Shown one piece after another: positions 1 to 12,704 of a stretch of 64,000 bases of DNA. Source of the DNA: Octopus sinensis (Eukaryota); assembly GCF_006345805.1 (NCBI RefSeq), contig NC_042998.1:117366001-117430000 (forward strand), written 5' to 3'. Under the pieces are notes generated by a model. That model saw only the letters and a list, made by a program, of their open reading frames with translations, had not been told where the DNA came from and ran no database searches. Positions within the stretch are counted from its first letter, which is position 1, and the number at the start of each line of letters is the position of its first letter. The position numbers and the translations under genes are program-made.

Positions 1-595
1 TAAATAAATGAATATATATATAGTTTTTCGATTTTACTTATTGTAAACTATATAACTTTTGAAATATAATTATATACTTCAAATGTCAAATGTGTAAAGG
101 CGAAATTTATATATATATATATGGCATGTTCATGATATAGAACATGTTCTCATAAAAGCATGAATCTCACGATATTAACTGTAGGAAAATATTTTTGCTC
201 CAATTTCCCAAATGTTACTTCGATTATATATGGAATATAATATCCTATCATTGACCTATATTCCACGTAATAAACTATACCCGGATTTCCGCCAAATACT
301 GAATGAATATGTGTATACGAAAAATGTTAATGTCTTGCACTTGCATCATAACTGCATGAAGTGAATAATAGAAGCATGTATCCTTTGCAATATCCCCGAT
401 GACAGTGGCTGCAATTTTCATGCTTCAAATATAAGTTGAAATTATATTGAAATCTCGGTTTATCTTCCCGATTGCTATTATCTATCAATACAATCATCAT
501 TGTTCCACCGTGGTCGAGACAATAGAATTTACCATGCTACGCCAGGCTTCACGGTCCATCATATCATGACAGGCCTGGATTGTTAATATTCTTCT

Positions 596-770
596 TTTTT
601 TATTTGTTTCGGCCATCTGACTGCGGCCAGGCTGCATCACCGCCTTAAAGTGTTTTAGCCAAAGAATTCAACACCAGGTTTTATTCTATCGTTTTCTTTT
701 GCCGAACCACCAAATTACTGGAACGTAAACACTCCAACCTCGGGCGGGGGGCACAGACACACACAAACAC
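596..770 (-). mobile_element. tRNA-derived SINE family 1, 3' half
   Basis: Reverse complement contains gtggttcggcaaaagaaaacgatagaataa...taaggcggtgatgcagcctggccgcagtcagatggccgaaacaaataaaa, homologous to the 3' half of the full copy at 6871-7239. Confidence 0.75.
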
Positions 771-3139
771 ATAACTTCTTAGCACGCAGTCACGATTATA
801 CAAAACCAGAATTAATTAATAATTAAAAGTTTGTTTATGATAGTCGTAGACCGGATGAAAAGTAGTTATGGTCCTAGTTTTGGATTCAATTTTCAGTAAT
901 TGTCAGATGCAAACTAGTCACATATTTTTCCATTACCAGTTGTATACATCTTTGTGTGGTTATGGCATTTGATTGAAAATTACGGATCATAGACTTCTAA
1001 CAACAGCTCACCATATAAGGAAATTCATTGGAATATATACTCCGATTGAGCAAAATAGTGGGAATGAAATGCAATAAGAAGAAACTATACGTTTTCCTTC
1101 TTGCAGAGAAGCATCCCTGTTTATAGTTGGTACACTTAATTCGACATCATGTTCAACCATCACTGCTGGGCTGTCAGGTAACTTTCACAGAAATCATTCT
1201 GTTAAAATAACTTGGTCAAAAAGTTTGAGTCAGAGAATGACATGCTTCCATTTTCTCAATCTCCATAAGTGAATCAAGAATGTCTATGAGCACTTTCTTT
1301 CTGCACATGACAAAACGTTTAGAATCTCAAGATTCTTCGGATTATAGCGCTTTTGCCATACAGGAAACAATTAGAATGCAACGTTAGGGAGGTATAGTAT
1401 ATTTGAGAATATATATTTTGCATTATTCCTTACGTATTCCTGTAAGGAAGGACACGTATATTAATGAAATGAATTAAAGTGCCTGATTCTTTTCCCTTTT
1501 TTTCTTCTTGTTGGTGGTGGACGATGTGCCGGGGGAAAATAACTATAATTAGTAGGGTGCTTATAACTAGAAGTGTTTCCGATTAAGTTCTTAGGAATTC
1601 GTTGCTCTATAAGCTAGTTCGAAATTTAGAGGAACAATCGTTGATTTTGTAACTAATATAACAAATTCAATACATAGCAAAAATTCCCGGATTTGCTTTA
1701 ATTAAATATAATTCCAACACACTTTCATTTGAGGCTTCTACTTAAATATGAATAATAAATATTTATATATCGAAACATTTAGATGAAAGAAACACCGTTG
1801 TTCCTGAATGCAAGTCAAGATATATACTGATGGGATAGTCCTTAACGGCAATATTTGACAGTTATATAGAGAGAGTAGAAATTGCCCGTATTCTTAGCTG
1901 TGAAAAACATCTATACAGATGCATTGCAATTCACAGATATATATGAAGGAAAATTCCAGCAAAAGAAACTGTTTATGCTAAGGTTTCTTGTGACGTGCAT
2001 TATTTTCTCTCTGTCTTTCGTTATAAGGACTCCATAATTTATTTCCATTCGTCGTTATTTTTCACTCTTATAACAAAATTTGTCATTTATACCTATAAAA
2101 TCATGCTTCTAAGATGACTTGTTTCGATTTTGGGATATAAGTTATCTAAACAACTATCCGGTCTGACTTTCTATAGTCTCAGTGACGAATGCCAATGTAT
2201 GTGTTAAGGTGACCTGGAGACCGGGGCATTTTGTTTTATTCAAGAAAACGTAGAGCTTAGGTTTGCATTATGGTTTTGCATTGGGAACTTTAGAAAATAC
2301 TTGTATCGTACTAATTCTGTTATCTCTGTATTTGATATTATTGTTAATTATTCCCGGATATAGGGGTCAACAAAACATATCCGCCTGTGTGCTTATATTA
2401 TTCATATATAGTGTCTAGATAAACGTTACACAAAATATATTCTCTTTCAGAATATGGTATGTTTTTATTTGCGGAAAATTCAGTAGTTATTTCAGATTTA
2501 ACGATCGCTTAGAGACTTCTTGTTAAAGTTGAGTTTTAAAGGGGATAGTTAATAGTATATGTTTATAATTTTGCAACAGATTGAGGTTGAGATTGGAATG
2601 GTCATGTCCCATTATATTAACAGCGAAAACAATGACTCCTCCATTAAGAAGTTTACTATGTCTGAGAATTATCTCACTGGGAATATTATGTATGTTAAAG
2701 GAATGGCATTTGAAATTATTATAACACAATTCGAAATCTCTAACGATTTATTACGACCGTTTTATATTTCCAACATTAATAAAAAGAATAATCCTAAAAA
2801 TTCATATTGAAATGTTTTCTTCAATATTCCTTTATTCTTCAAGCTATTGATCACCACTTTCGTATATTTTTGAATAACGTAGTCATATGATAGAATATAT
2901 ATACAAATAAATATAAATATAAGCTTTTGTTAGGCCGATATTTCAAATATATCAAATATGTAGCAGACATAATTTAATACACTTTTCGTAATGTAACTTC
3001 ATAAAATGAGAAATATTAGACTGTATCATTTAATGCGACACAATACCAAAATATATATCCGGATATTTGCATTATAACTCAGTCATTCTCTGTTTAACTC
3101 TATCCTCCACTCTCTTTAGACCTAAGCATATAGGCATAC

Positions 3140-3265
3140 ATCATCATTATTCATCATCATCATCATCGTTATGGGCATCGTCATCATATTCATAGTCATC
3201 GTCGTTGTGGTTGTCGTCGTCGTCGTCATCATCATCATTCTCATCATCATCTTCATCATCAACAT
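3140..3265. repeat. Degenerate (CAT/CGT)n trinucleotide microsatellite
   Basis: Visible catcatcatc and gtcgtcgtcgtc runs. Confidence 0.85.
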
Positions 3266-3414
3266 TATTCACTACTTTTTATTATTCACTACTTTTATTA
3301 ATAGCAAAACTATTTAATGCCATTTTATATGATTGGATATAACGATACGGTTGGAGAATTTTTTGATTTTATTCGTAATGTCGATGTCGATATTTATGAT
3401 AATAATAGAATTAC

Positions 3415-3430
3415 AATAATAATAATAATA

Positions 3431-3499
<69 letters not shown>

Positions 3500-3507
3500 T
3501 ATTATTA

Positions 3508-3537
<30 letters not shown>
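3415..3537. repeat. (AAT)n abutting (TTA)n microsatellite
   Basis: AAT run 3415-3470 switches directly to a TTA run 3471-3537. Confidence 0.95.
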
Positions 3538-3538
<1 letters not shown>

Positions 3539-3734
3539 ATCTCCGATACCATTGCATAATGTGGGAACATATGTGTGTGTGTCCGCGTGTGCGCGTTATT
3601 AATGTGTGTGTATGTAATCATATATGTATGTAAACATATATATAATAATATCCGTGGTCAGTTGATGATGGTAGTATGTTGGATTGTTGGTATGGCTGTT
3701 TTTGTATATTTGGAATAGTATTATAACAGATCCT

Positions 3735-3872
3735 TTTAATATATATATATATGTATGTATCTATGTATGCATATATGTGCATCACTATACTTATATATAT
3801 ATATTTCTTTACTACCCACAAGGGGCTAAACACAGAGGGGACAAACAAGGACAGACACTATACTTATATATA

Positions 3873-3926
<54 letters not shown>

Positions 3927-3990
3927 GATAGATAGATATACATATAAACACACACATATATATGTGTGCGTGTGATCGTGTGTGTGTACT
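3735..3990. repeat. Compound (TA)/(CA)/(TG) microsatellite region
   Basis: Direct inspection; explains ORF-track entries 3618-4074. Confidence 0.85.
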
Positions 3991-5362
3991 TTGTGTATGG
4001 CAGTACGTTGTATGTATATACGTACATAAGGCTACTGTCGTACAGACACACAAATCATACTTGATTGAATCCATTTATTAAGCACCAACATTTATTTTTT
4101 GTAAAACCCATAACTCAAAATTGCATAATGTAATGTTTTTCTTTGTCTAGAATCATATTTCTTGCAGACCTCATATTTTACGTTAAATTTCAGAGATTAT
4201 ATATGTTGTTTAGCGCCACAGTAATGTAATGTATTCCCGGCGTCTGATTAATTTTAGCTTAACATATTGAGGCATATTTATATTAAATATAATCCGAGCA
4301 ATTAGAGATGCAGTATATATCGTAAAACAACAACTTGATATATTCGTTTAAACAAATTAAAAAAAAATTTTTTCAGTTTTAACCATATCTGTCTTCAGAT
4401 AATATCAATCTTGTTACGTTTCTAAAAACTGCAACTAGTGTGTTGTAATCTTCATGAACCCGAAACGAACGGCAGACAGTAAATCATGCTGTGAAGCACT
4501 CTACTTTTATTGATCATGCCCTGAATTAGAAAATGTCTTCGTGTATCAGATATGTACAGAGTGGGAAATCATATTCCATTTGATGAAAATATACATTTAT
4601 GAACTGTGTTAAGTCTTTGGTGATTTTAGGAGCATATTTGCAAATCAAAACTCAGGAAGGAAAATTTACTGCAACAATGAATATATATATATATATATTC
4701 ATATAGAATGAGAGAGAGAGATGAGAGAGAGAGAGAAAAGTGGGGTATTATATTTTATCATTTAATTATCTCAATCATTATTTGAGTGTCTAATAAATCG
4801 ACCCCAGCACATTTTAAAGCCTGGCATTTATTGTACCCGTCAGTTTTGTGTCTGGAACACCATATCGTCCAAACAATTCATATAGGCGCTATGTAGTTGT
4901 CTTAGCGATGAGTTTATTGCACTTGCATACCTTTGGTCTCTTTGTACAGATTAGATAGTAAGCGCTATTCACCAGTCCGGCATAGTAGATAGGTAACGTA
5001 GACCATGGGTTCTCAGGTCTTCGGCCACGATTGATATGTTACCGGCAGGGATTTGTCCTCAAGCGAGCCATTTCCGACAAGTTCTCACCAAATTTTCGAT
5101 ATCCCGTTCCATAGGCGTTTAATAGACGTAGCTTCTCATCAGAGCTTTAATCGTTGAAATTTCCATGTGTCCCCTGTGAGATTGCTGCAATAAAGGTTTT
5201 TTTTTTAATGTAGTCGGTACTACAGATCTTTACACATACTTCAGGATATCGTCGCATACTGAGAATCTATACGATTTTGAAGCTTTATTTTCTTATTTTT
5301 TTAAAGCTTTGTCTTGTAGTTTCCATCTACCAACAAAACTTACGAAGCTTTGTTCGACCTGA

Positions 5363-5418
5363 GACTATAGCAGAGGGCAGTTTCCCAAGGTTCCATGCAG
5401 TGGAATTGGACCCAAAAC
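5363..5418 (-). mobile_element. SINE family 1 head fragment
   Basis: actatagcagagggcagtttcccaaggttccatgcagtggaattggacccaaaac is a diverged reverse complement of ggttccgggttcagtcccactgcgtggc...ctatagc in 6871-7239. Confidence 0.55.
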
Positions 5419-5904
5419 ACTACTACAGCTACTATTATTAGCATCACCATCAACAAAGTTAAGACCATCACTTTCACCAACAGTTACACAACTACCATCA
5501 CTGGCACTAAAATCAACATAAGTACAACCACCACTACCAAAAATAGTGCCAAATACCAGTGCTTGCATGGTGTACATCCATCAAGTGTATGGTGTATGTC
5601 ACAAGGCAGTCAGAACGGGGCTCTGATATGAGAAGTGAGGGTGGAGATGTTTGTTTTATGTTTGAGAGGCAGGGCTGCCAAAATATATCTGTTTCTGAAT
5701 GCCAAACAATTAATGAAACAACGCACTACCACCTTCAAAGCCAAGCATCTGATAGATGAAGAACATTGTAGAAAATGTAGGAGAGTATATTTTAGATTTC
5801 AAAAGAAATTAGTCTATCTTAGTTTTAAAAAAATAAAAGCATGAAAGAATTGCATTATTTATGGGATGACTCAATAATACAGCTATTTTTAACAGACACC
5901 TGGA

Positions 5905-5944
<40 letters not shown>

Positions 5945-6870
5945 GTGCGTGTGTGTGTGTGTTTGTGTTTGTGTGTGTAAACATGCGCGTGTGTGTGTCT
6001 TTATATGCTTGTGGATATCATTTTTATGTACTTATATGTTTGTAACAGAAAGAAAACATAAGAAGAAGAAAATAACAAGCACATGGTGTGTAAGCTCTAA
6101 CAGACATACAACGAAATGCAGTTGTGAAAGACTATATCATTCAGAGTTTAGTTCTGGTGGAATTTAAATATATGAATATATTATGCTTAAGCCACATACA
6201 AAAAGAAAGCACCAATGTTTCATATATGGATATAATTTGAGCAACTGAAATCTAAGAAGCAATGTAAAGAAAAGCAGAAACAAATGATAAAAACTAGAAA
6301 TACAGTAATATAAATACATTATCATTCCGATGGTCTTACAGAATTCTCTACCAACATATAACCACGAATCGAAGTGATGTAAATAATTAAATTGTATATG
6401 TAATATACTCCTTACAGGATAAACTCTTAATACAGTTAGATACAGAAGATACAGAGTAAAAAGAGATAATCTGTGAATAAAAAATTATATGAAATCTAAA
6501 ATTATATAGGAACGATCCTAGCAACAGCTGCATAAAGTAATACTATTACGATTATACATATGGTTTTGAATGCTGAAATTACACGAATTACATTTACATT
6601 ATATTAACGCGGAAAGATGTATACTCCATTCACCAGTTAGATTTAGAAAATAAAATGAAAATATGCTAAGCTTAATTAAGTAACATGGAAAACACACCTG
6701 CAACATTGCACCAGAGAATCTACAGAAATATTGATGTTGATGTGTATGTTTTTTTTAATAATATACACAATTCTGTGTTAAGGTTTGAATGCATTGCCAA
6801 TAAGCATTACTGGAAAATATTTAGGCATATGATACATGTGTGTGTGTTTATGTATATGCGTACACACACA

Positions 6871-7239
6871 CGGTGGCTGTGTTGTAAGTAGCTTGCTTAC
6901 CAACCACATGGTTCCGGGTTCAGTCCCACTGCGTGGCAAAATGGGCAAGTGACTTTTACTATAGCCTCGGGCCGACCAAAGCCTTGTGAGTGGATTTGGT
7001 AGACGGAAACTGAAAGAAGCGCGCCGTATATATGTATATGTATATATATGTGTGTTTGTTTGTGTCTGTGTTTGTCCCCACAACATGGCTTGACAACAGA
7101 TGCAGTTCGGCAAATGAGACCGATAGAATAAGTACTAGGCTTACAAAGAATAAGTCCTGGGGTTGATTTGCTCGACTAAAGGCGATGCTCGAGCATGGCC
7201 GGAGTCAAATGACTGAAACAAGTAAAAGAGTAAAAGAGT
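6871..7239 (+). mobile_element. tRNA-derived SINE family 1, near full length
   Basis: A-box-like tggctgtgttgtaag, B-box-like ggttcagtccc, internal (TA/TG) tract and 3' gaaacaagtaaaagagtaaaagagta tail. Multiple homologous copies in the window. Confidence 0.85.
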
Positions 7240-8095
7240 ATATATATACATACATGCGTGGGCACATATTTGTAGTAGGTCTCTGCTTCCTGAATTCCAG
7301 GATTTCAAGGATTTTTGAACACCTAGCCACTATTGTTTCCAGTTTTCTCTAACTTAGAGTAGTGGCAATCTATATGTGTGTACGATGGTAGAAATACCCA
7401 TGGTGCTGTCAAAGCTCGAGGTTAAATCACTGTAAGTGGGGAGGAGTCTGATCTATTGTTATATCATTTTTTAGGGAGAGAGAGAGTATTCAAAACTATG
7501 TGTATAATCGTAATAGTATTACTTTATGCAGCTGTTGTTGGGAACGTTCCTATATAATTTTAGACTGTATATTATTTTTATTCACGGATTATGTCTTTTA
7601 GTCAAACTTCACTATCTAACTGTATTAAGAGTTTATCCTGTACGCAATATATTACATATCCATTTTAACTTTTATTACATTATATCAATTCGTGGTTATA
7701 TCCTAGTAAGGAATTGTGTAAGTTCGTTGTTATGCTTAATTATGAGTCATCTCTCTTTTGCCTCACACTTAGTACGAATCACGGTAATTCAGAGACTTGA
7801 ACTCATGTTGCACAAATATTATCACCTTAGAGCAGTGACGTATAGATATCTCTGCGTCATGACCTCATTTGTCATTCTGTGTAACGGAATGCCCTACGGC
7901 AATATTTGAGTGAGGACGTGTGTAGACGTAGCCAGTTAGAAAAGCACATTAAGTTACAACTTACTTCTTTCAACAAAGCTTCAAACCATGCAGATCTGTT
8001 ACGGGGCTGAATACACATCTGAGATTTCATGGACGGAAAGTCAGAAATACCTTTGGTAATTAGGACACATAAGGAGACGGCATTCATCGCTGAAG

Positions 8096-8206
8096 ATGAA
8101 CCAATCACCATACACATATGCATGTATACTTAAAAATAATGACATTAGGAGAAATATATATATATGTATGTATATATGTATATATATATATATGTATGTA
8201 TATATG

Positions 8207-8257
<51 letters not shown>

Positions 8258-8281
8258 ATATATATAATATATATATATATA

Positions 8282-8342
<61 letters not shown>

Positions 8343-8500
8343 ATATATTATATATATATATATATACATATATACACATATATATATATACACATATATA
8401 TATGTACATATATATATACATATATACATACATATATATATATTTCTCCTAATGTCATTATTTTTAAGTTATACATGCATATGTGTATGGTGATTGGTTC

Positions 8501-8502
<2 letters not shown>
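8096..8502. repeat. Inverted duplication of about 60 bp of flank around a compound (TA) tract
   Basis: 8096-8155 (atgaaccaatcaccatacacatatgcatgtatacttaaaaataatgacattaggagaaat) is the reverse complement of 8442-8502 except for a 1-nt indel. Confidence 0.95.
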
Positions 8503-8546
<44 letters not shown>

Positions 8547-8549
<3 letters not shown>

Positions 8550-8747
8550 TATTTATTATATAGAAGGAGCTTCTACAGGACTAGAACTGTTTCATTCAAG
8601 AGAAATCTTCAGGAGCTTCCTGAAGATTTCTCTTGAATGAAACAGTTCTAGTCCTGTAGAAGCTCCTTCTATATAATAAATTAATTTTACTCTGCTATGT
8701 ATTGAGTACCTTATTTACTGTGGTTAACCCCGAATCAACCCGGGACC

Positions 8748-8750
<3 letters not shown>
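8547..8750. mobile_element. Fold-back non-autonomous element (family B), copy 1
   Basis: Perfect 64-bp arms 8551-8614 and 8618-8681, 3-nt spacer gct, then a unique tail of about 70 bp to 8750. (TA)n on both sides. Near-identical inverted copy at 46645-46846. Confidence 0.85.
8612..8666 (+). ncRNA. Type I hammerhead ribozyme motif (family B)
   Basis: GGAGCUUC-CUGAAGA-U UUC UCUU GAA U-GAA ACAG UUCUAGUC CUGU A|GAAGCUCC. Helix I 8 bp, helix III 4 bp, GUA triplet ending at 8658, U.U at the base of helix II. Confidence 0.75.
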
Positions 8751-8828
<78 letters not shown>

Positions 8829-9329
8829 ATAACACTGTACTTGCTGACAGTAACAATGATATAAAGCGTGCTAGTTCTACAATGAAATGCGCAGAATGGA
8901 GAATGCATGGGTAATACGGTGCCTAACTCATGTAGATCAGGCAACCGGACATGAAAATAACTACAGTATAATAGAAAGAGGAATAAGGAATTTGGGAGTA
9001 TGAAAAATACCTGCAGAAACAGGAATAGTCACCGAAACGTTTTGCACACCTGCCAAACCAGTGTGCAATATAGTTACTTGGAATATACATCAAGTGTCCA
9101 GGTTAGTTGCATTCACAAATCTTAGCATTAAGCATCATTAGAAAATGATATAAGGTTCATGATAGATGCATTAATTGAAGTTATATTGGTGTCGAAATGT
9201 TGCCCTATATTAGAATATCGCAAACTGCTATAAATTTACAGTACGCATTACTGCAAAACTGAAACGCAACTAAATTAGTTTATGAGATATAGTTCAGTGT
9301 TGGCCAACTGATGCAATGTTCATTGAGAG

Positions 9330-9850
9330 ACAACAAACATGGCATACATAGCTAGGAATACGCACACATGTCTAGCTTCTATCGACATCGGTAATATGTT
9401 TAACAGAGTATCTCGTATACAGATTTGCTGGTCGCTAGGAGAACTCGAGCCATTTAGACTATGCAAGAAAAGGCAGTCATCAATTTAAGTATCACCAAAG
9501 GATCCATTGATGAATTTTATCTGCAGGCGGAGATATATAAATGCTGTGTTCTTGTTCTCAAACTTTACTATGTATTATAATTATCCATGCCATAACACAG
9601 GCGTTTAAGATCGGCTACCCGTGGAATATCTTTATGCAGATATTTTGGCTCTTAGAGCAGAAAATGTCGGGATCTAAAGCTGAAATTCTAGAGGAACAAA
9701 ATTTGTTATTAAAAGGTCTTAACTGTACAATTAATGAACAGAAAACTTGTAATGGTTACGAAGGAAGATAGGACCACTTTAGCGTCAAGAAAAATATGTG
9801 TCCGTTGTGAAATATGGGTACACATATGATATAGTAAGCCTAATCTCGGC
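9330..9850 (+). pseudogene. Possible RTE-clade LINE AP-endonuclease remnant
   Basis: Weak frameshifted similarity only: SIDEFYLQAEI and EILEEQNLLL resemble APE-domain segments of RTE ORFs. Confidence 0.25.
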
Positions 9851-10172
9851 CTTAAATGAAACATTTGCTGGCATAAGAAACGAATTGAGGTATATCCCCT
9901 GGGCCACCTACTCCATCCACTCAAACCCTATCATTACACGTCCCCTTCTCCTTCATTCAAATCTGCGTGAAAAAACACGCCACCGTCAAAGCGAAAGAAA
10001 ATTAAATTTTAGTTGTGGATACAGTATCATTTGGGAAAAGGCAAGCTGATCACGGTTTGACTACGTTTGATTAATGTTTTATAAAAATATATTCACAGAT
10101 AAGTCTGTTGCGTGATATCTGCCTGAGGCTAAACAACATTAATAACAACTAGTATTATTTCATTTTGACTTC

Positions 10173-10310
10173 AGGCGGCAAGATGGCAGACTAATTAGCA
10201 CGGCGGACAAAATACTTAGCGGCATTTCGTCGATGTTTACGTACTAATTTCAAATGACACCGAAGTCGGTATTGGCTTTTATCATTCTAGAATCGATTAA
10301 AATAAATACT
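10173..10310 (+). mobile_element. tRNA-derived SINE family 2 (5' part)
   Basis: ggcggcaagatggcagactaattagcacggcggacaaaatacttagcggcatttcgtc, homologous to 14854-15066 and other copies. Confidence 0.75.
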
Positions 10311-11459
10311 AGATGAACATACGAACGGTTGTAATCAACTTGCACCAACCCTAAAATCGCTGGCCATACACCAACATTTTGAAACCATGTTAAAACCATT
10401 ATTTCTTCTCAGCTCTACAGTACATTGTCAATGTAGCAAAATCTGCCGCACGTAAAGAAAAGCATTAATCCTTAATATCTATACTTCGTGCGACAGTATC
10501 ATACAATCTTCTAATAATAGAGCGAAATTAAATGCAATTAATCATTTTTCTATGTTCACATTCATTCAAACTTAATTTAACAAACACCATCTTCATAAAA
10601 GTACGTGCGATTCCATTTGCTATGGATTCAAACTAGTATCATCGCATTACTATCTTGAATTATTCTGTTTCTATCTAGTTCTATATTTTTTCCACTACCC
10701 AATCTTGAAGTTACATCTGTTAGGTAAAATTTCTAATATTGAAAAACAAAAATAGAACAAAACGAAAAACGAAATTCTAATCTACACTCTTATCTATAGT
10801 AGATGTACTTCGTTTACCGTCAGGCTAAGTGTTGTATTTCGACCAAATTCATGAAAATGTCAATTGTTAATCTGTGATATATCTATGTAGAAATATGTTT
10901 CAGCTGTTACATTGTAAATGTCAAGGTCTTAAATCAATAAAATGTATGGTAGGCTTTACAACAATTTCCCTCTTAAGCTTATTCACAAACAGAAAATAAA
11001 TATAAATGTTTCGTTGTCTAATATTTAATGCCTGTTCATCAGCATTTTCCTCGTAGGGAAGTATTAAATACATGAAATTAAATAGATTGTATTTGTTCGT
11101 ATTATGCTGTGCTAATGCTGTCCGTTCTGGTTACAATATCCCGTATTTTTAAGTGAATACACTGACTATGCATTCACTTATTTCCTCGGTTAGTATTTAA
11201 AGACACTAAATCTGTTCTATGTGCAAATTCAGCATATTTTAAGTTTATAAGAAACTACATTATAAAATCTAATTAAGACCTCCTATAAATAGATGCATAA
11301 ATTTCTTACTGGTGATATTTTATAAGGCAAGCTAGCTTATGTTTATTTCTGATGGTAGTAAAACAAAACTGTAGTAACCGTATAAAAGCAAATTTTTTAC
11401 ACTTGATTCCGATAAAATTAGAAAACTTCGATGTAACAACTGCACTCAGCCTAATCACA

Positions 11460-11494
<35 letters not shown>

Positions 11495-12000
11495 AATGTA
11501 GTCGGAGATAAACGTGAAAGGACGAACGGAGTGATGATTGCAATAATGTTTCTCAGGACAACCATTTTTATTCGAATATAATTTCGGTGCATGCATTTTG
11601 AAATTTTGCTTCTGGAACATATTGCAAAAGAGAGTTACTGCATATTATATGAAAGCAATTCGGACGTATTTGAAACACATTCAGAATAGAAGTGATATAG
11701 AAGAGCTGCTACGCATGTGAGACAAAGGTAAATATATAAAAATCTCGCCAGTCAACTGAAATGGTACTGACGAACCTATTATAAAAATTGAAATAAAATT
11801 ATAAAAGAGTGAAACAGCTAAAAAATCTGCAATATTTTGAAAGAAAGAAATACTATTGGACAATTCTATTGGAATTTGAAATCATATAAATTTTCAACTA
11901 CGTACACAGAAGTATATTTATATATTTTGTAACAAACATTGATGCACATCATTATATGTGTGTGTACGTATGTATGTATGTATGTACACATATATATATA

Positions 12001-12065
<65 letters not shown>

Positions 12066-12120
12066 AGAAAATAAAAACGGAAAATACGCACACTTACATG
12101 TTTATAGTATAATTTTTAAT

Positions 12121-12155
12121 GTATCGACCGGTTTCGAAATCGCTATTCATGGTAC
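12121..12155 (-). ncRNA. Minimal hammerhead motif, A3-U8 variant (left-arm copy)
   Basis: Reverse complement reads GUACC-AUGAAUA-G CGAUUU C-GAAACCGGUC|GAUAC, with one mismatch in helix I. Confidence 0.55.
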
Positions 12156-12347
12156 GTTTAAATTATATGAATATATTTTTTTTTCTTAAGAAGGAATTGG
12201 GTCCATATTGTTTGAAATGAAATTCACGAGTGAATGATTTTACAAGTTGACCAACTTGTAAAATCATTCTCTCGTGAATTTCATTTCAAACAACATGGGC
12301 TCAATTTCTTCTTAAGAAAAAATATATTTTCATATAAATTAAACATC

Positions 12348-12382
12348 GTATCATGAATAGCGATTTCGAAACCGGTCGATAC
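12348..12382 (+). ncRNA. Minimal hammerhead motif, A3-U8 variant (right-arm copy)
   Basis: GUAUC-AUGAAUA-G CGAUUU C-GAAA CCGG UC|GAUAC. 5-bp helix I, single G-C helix II, palindromic ACCGGU helix III, GUC triplet ending at 12377. Confidence 0.7.
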
Positions 12383-12498
12383 ATTAAAAATTATACTATA
12401 ACCATGTAAGTGTGCGTATTTTCCGTTTTTATTTTCTTATATACATTACAATCTATCACGTGGGGACAACCGAAATTCCTCTTTTCTGTTACTACTAC

Positions 12499-12534
12499 TA
12501 TATATATATATATATATATGTATGTATATATATA

Positions 12535-12577
<43 letters not shown>

Positions 12578-12629
12578 ATATATATATGTATGTATACGTA
12601 TATATATATATATGTATATATATATATAA

Positions 12630-12700
<71 letters not shown>
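12499..12700. repeat. Long (TA)n microsatellite
   Basis: Direct inspection. Confidence 0.95.

Positions 12701-12704
<4 letters not shown>

Larger units (their letters stand above)
12061..12498. mobile_element. Fold-back non-autonomous element (family C)
   Basis: Arms 12061-12249 and 12252-12442 (roughly 90% identical by eye) around a 2-nt centre (tacaagttg-ac-caacttgta), with a tail of about 55 bp to 12498. Long (TA)n on both sides. Confidence 0.85.

Noticed and set aside
1090-1330. Possible small exon (ttttccttcttgcag ... caggtaac) or degraded coding sequence
   Set aside because: One open frame (EASLFIVGTLNSTSCSTITAGLS) but no recognisable homology or partner exons.
5395-5631. Thr-rich 78-aa ORF resembling a mucin
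   Set aside because: It begins inside a SINE fragment and continues through a degenerate ACN trinucleotide repeat; no splice or domain support.
11000-11050. CUGAUGA...GAAAC on the minus strand
   Set aside because: No helix II or helix III pairing.
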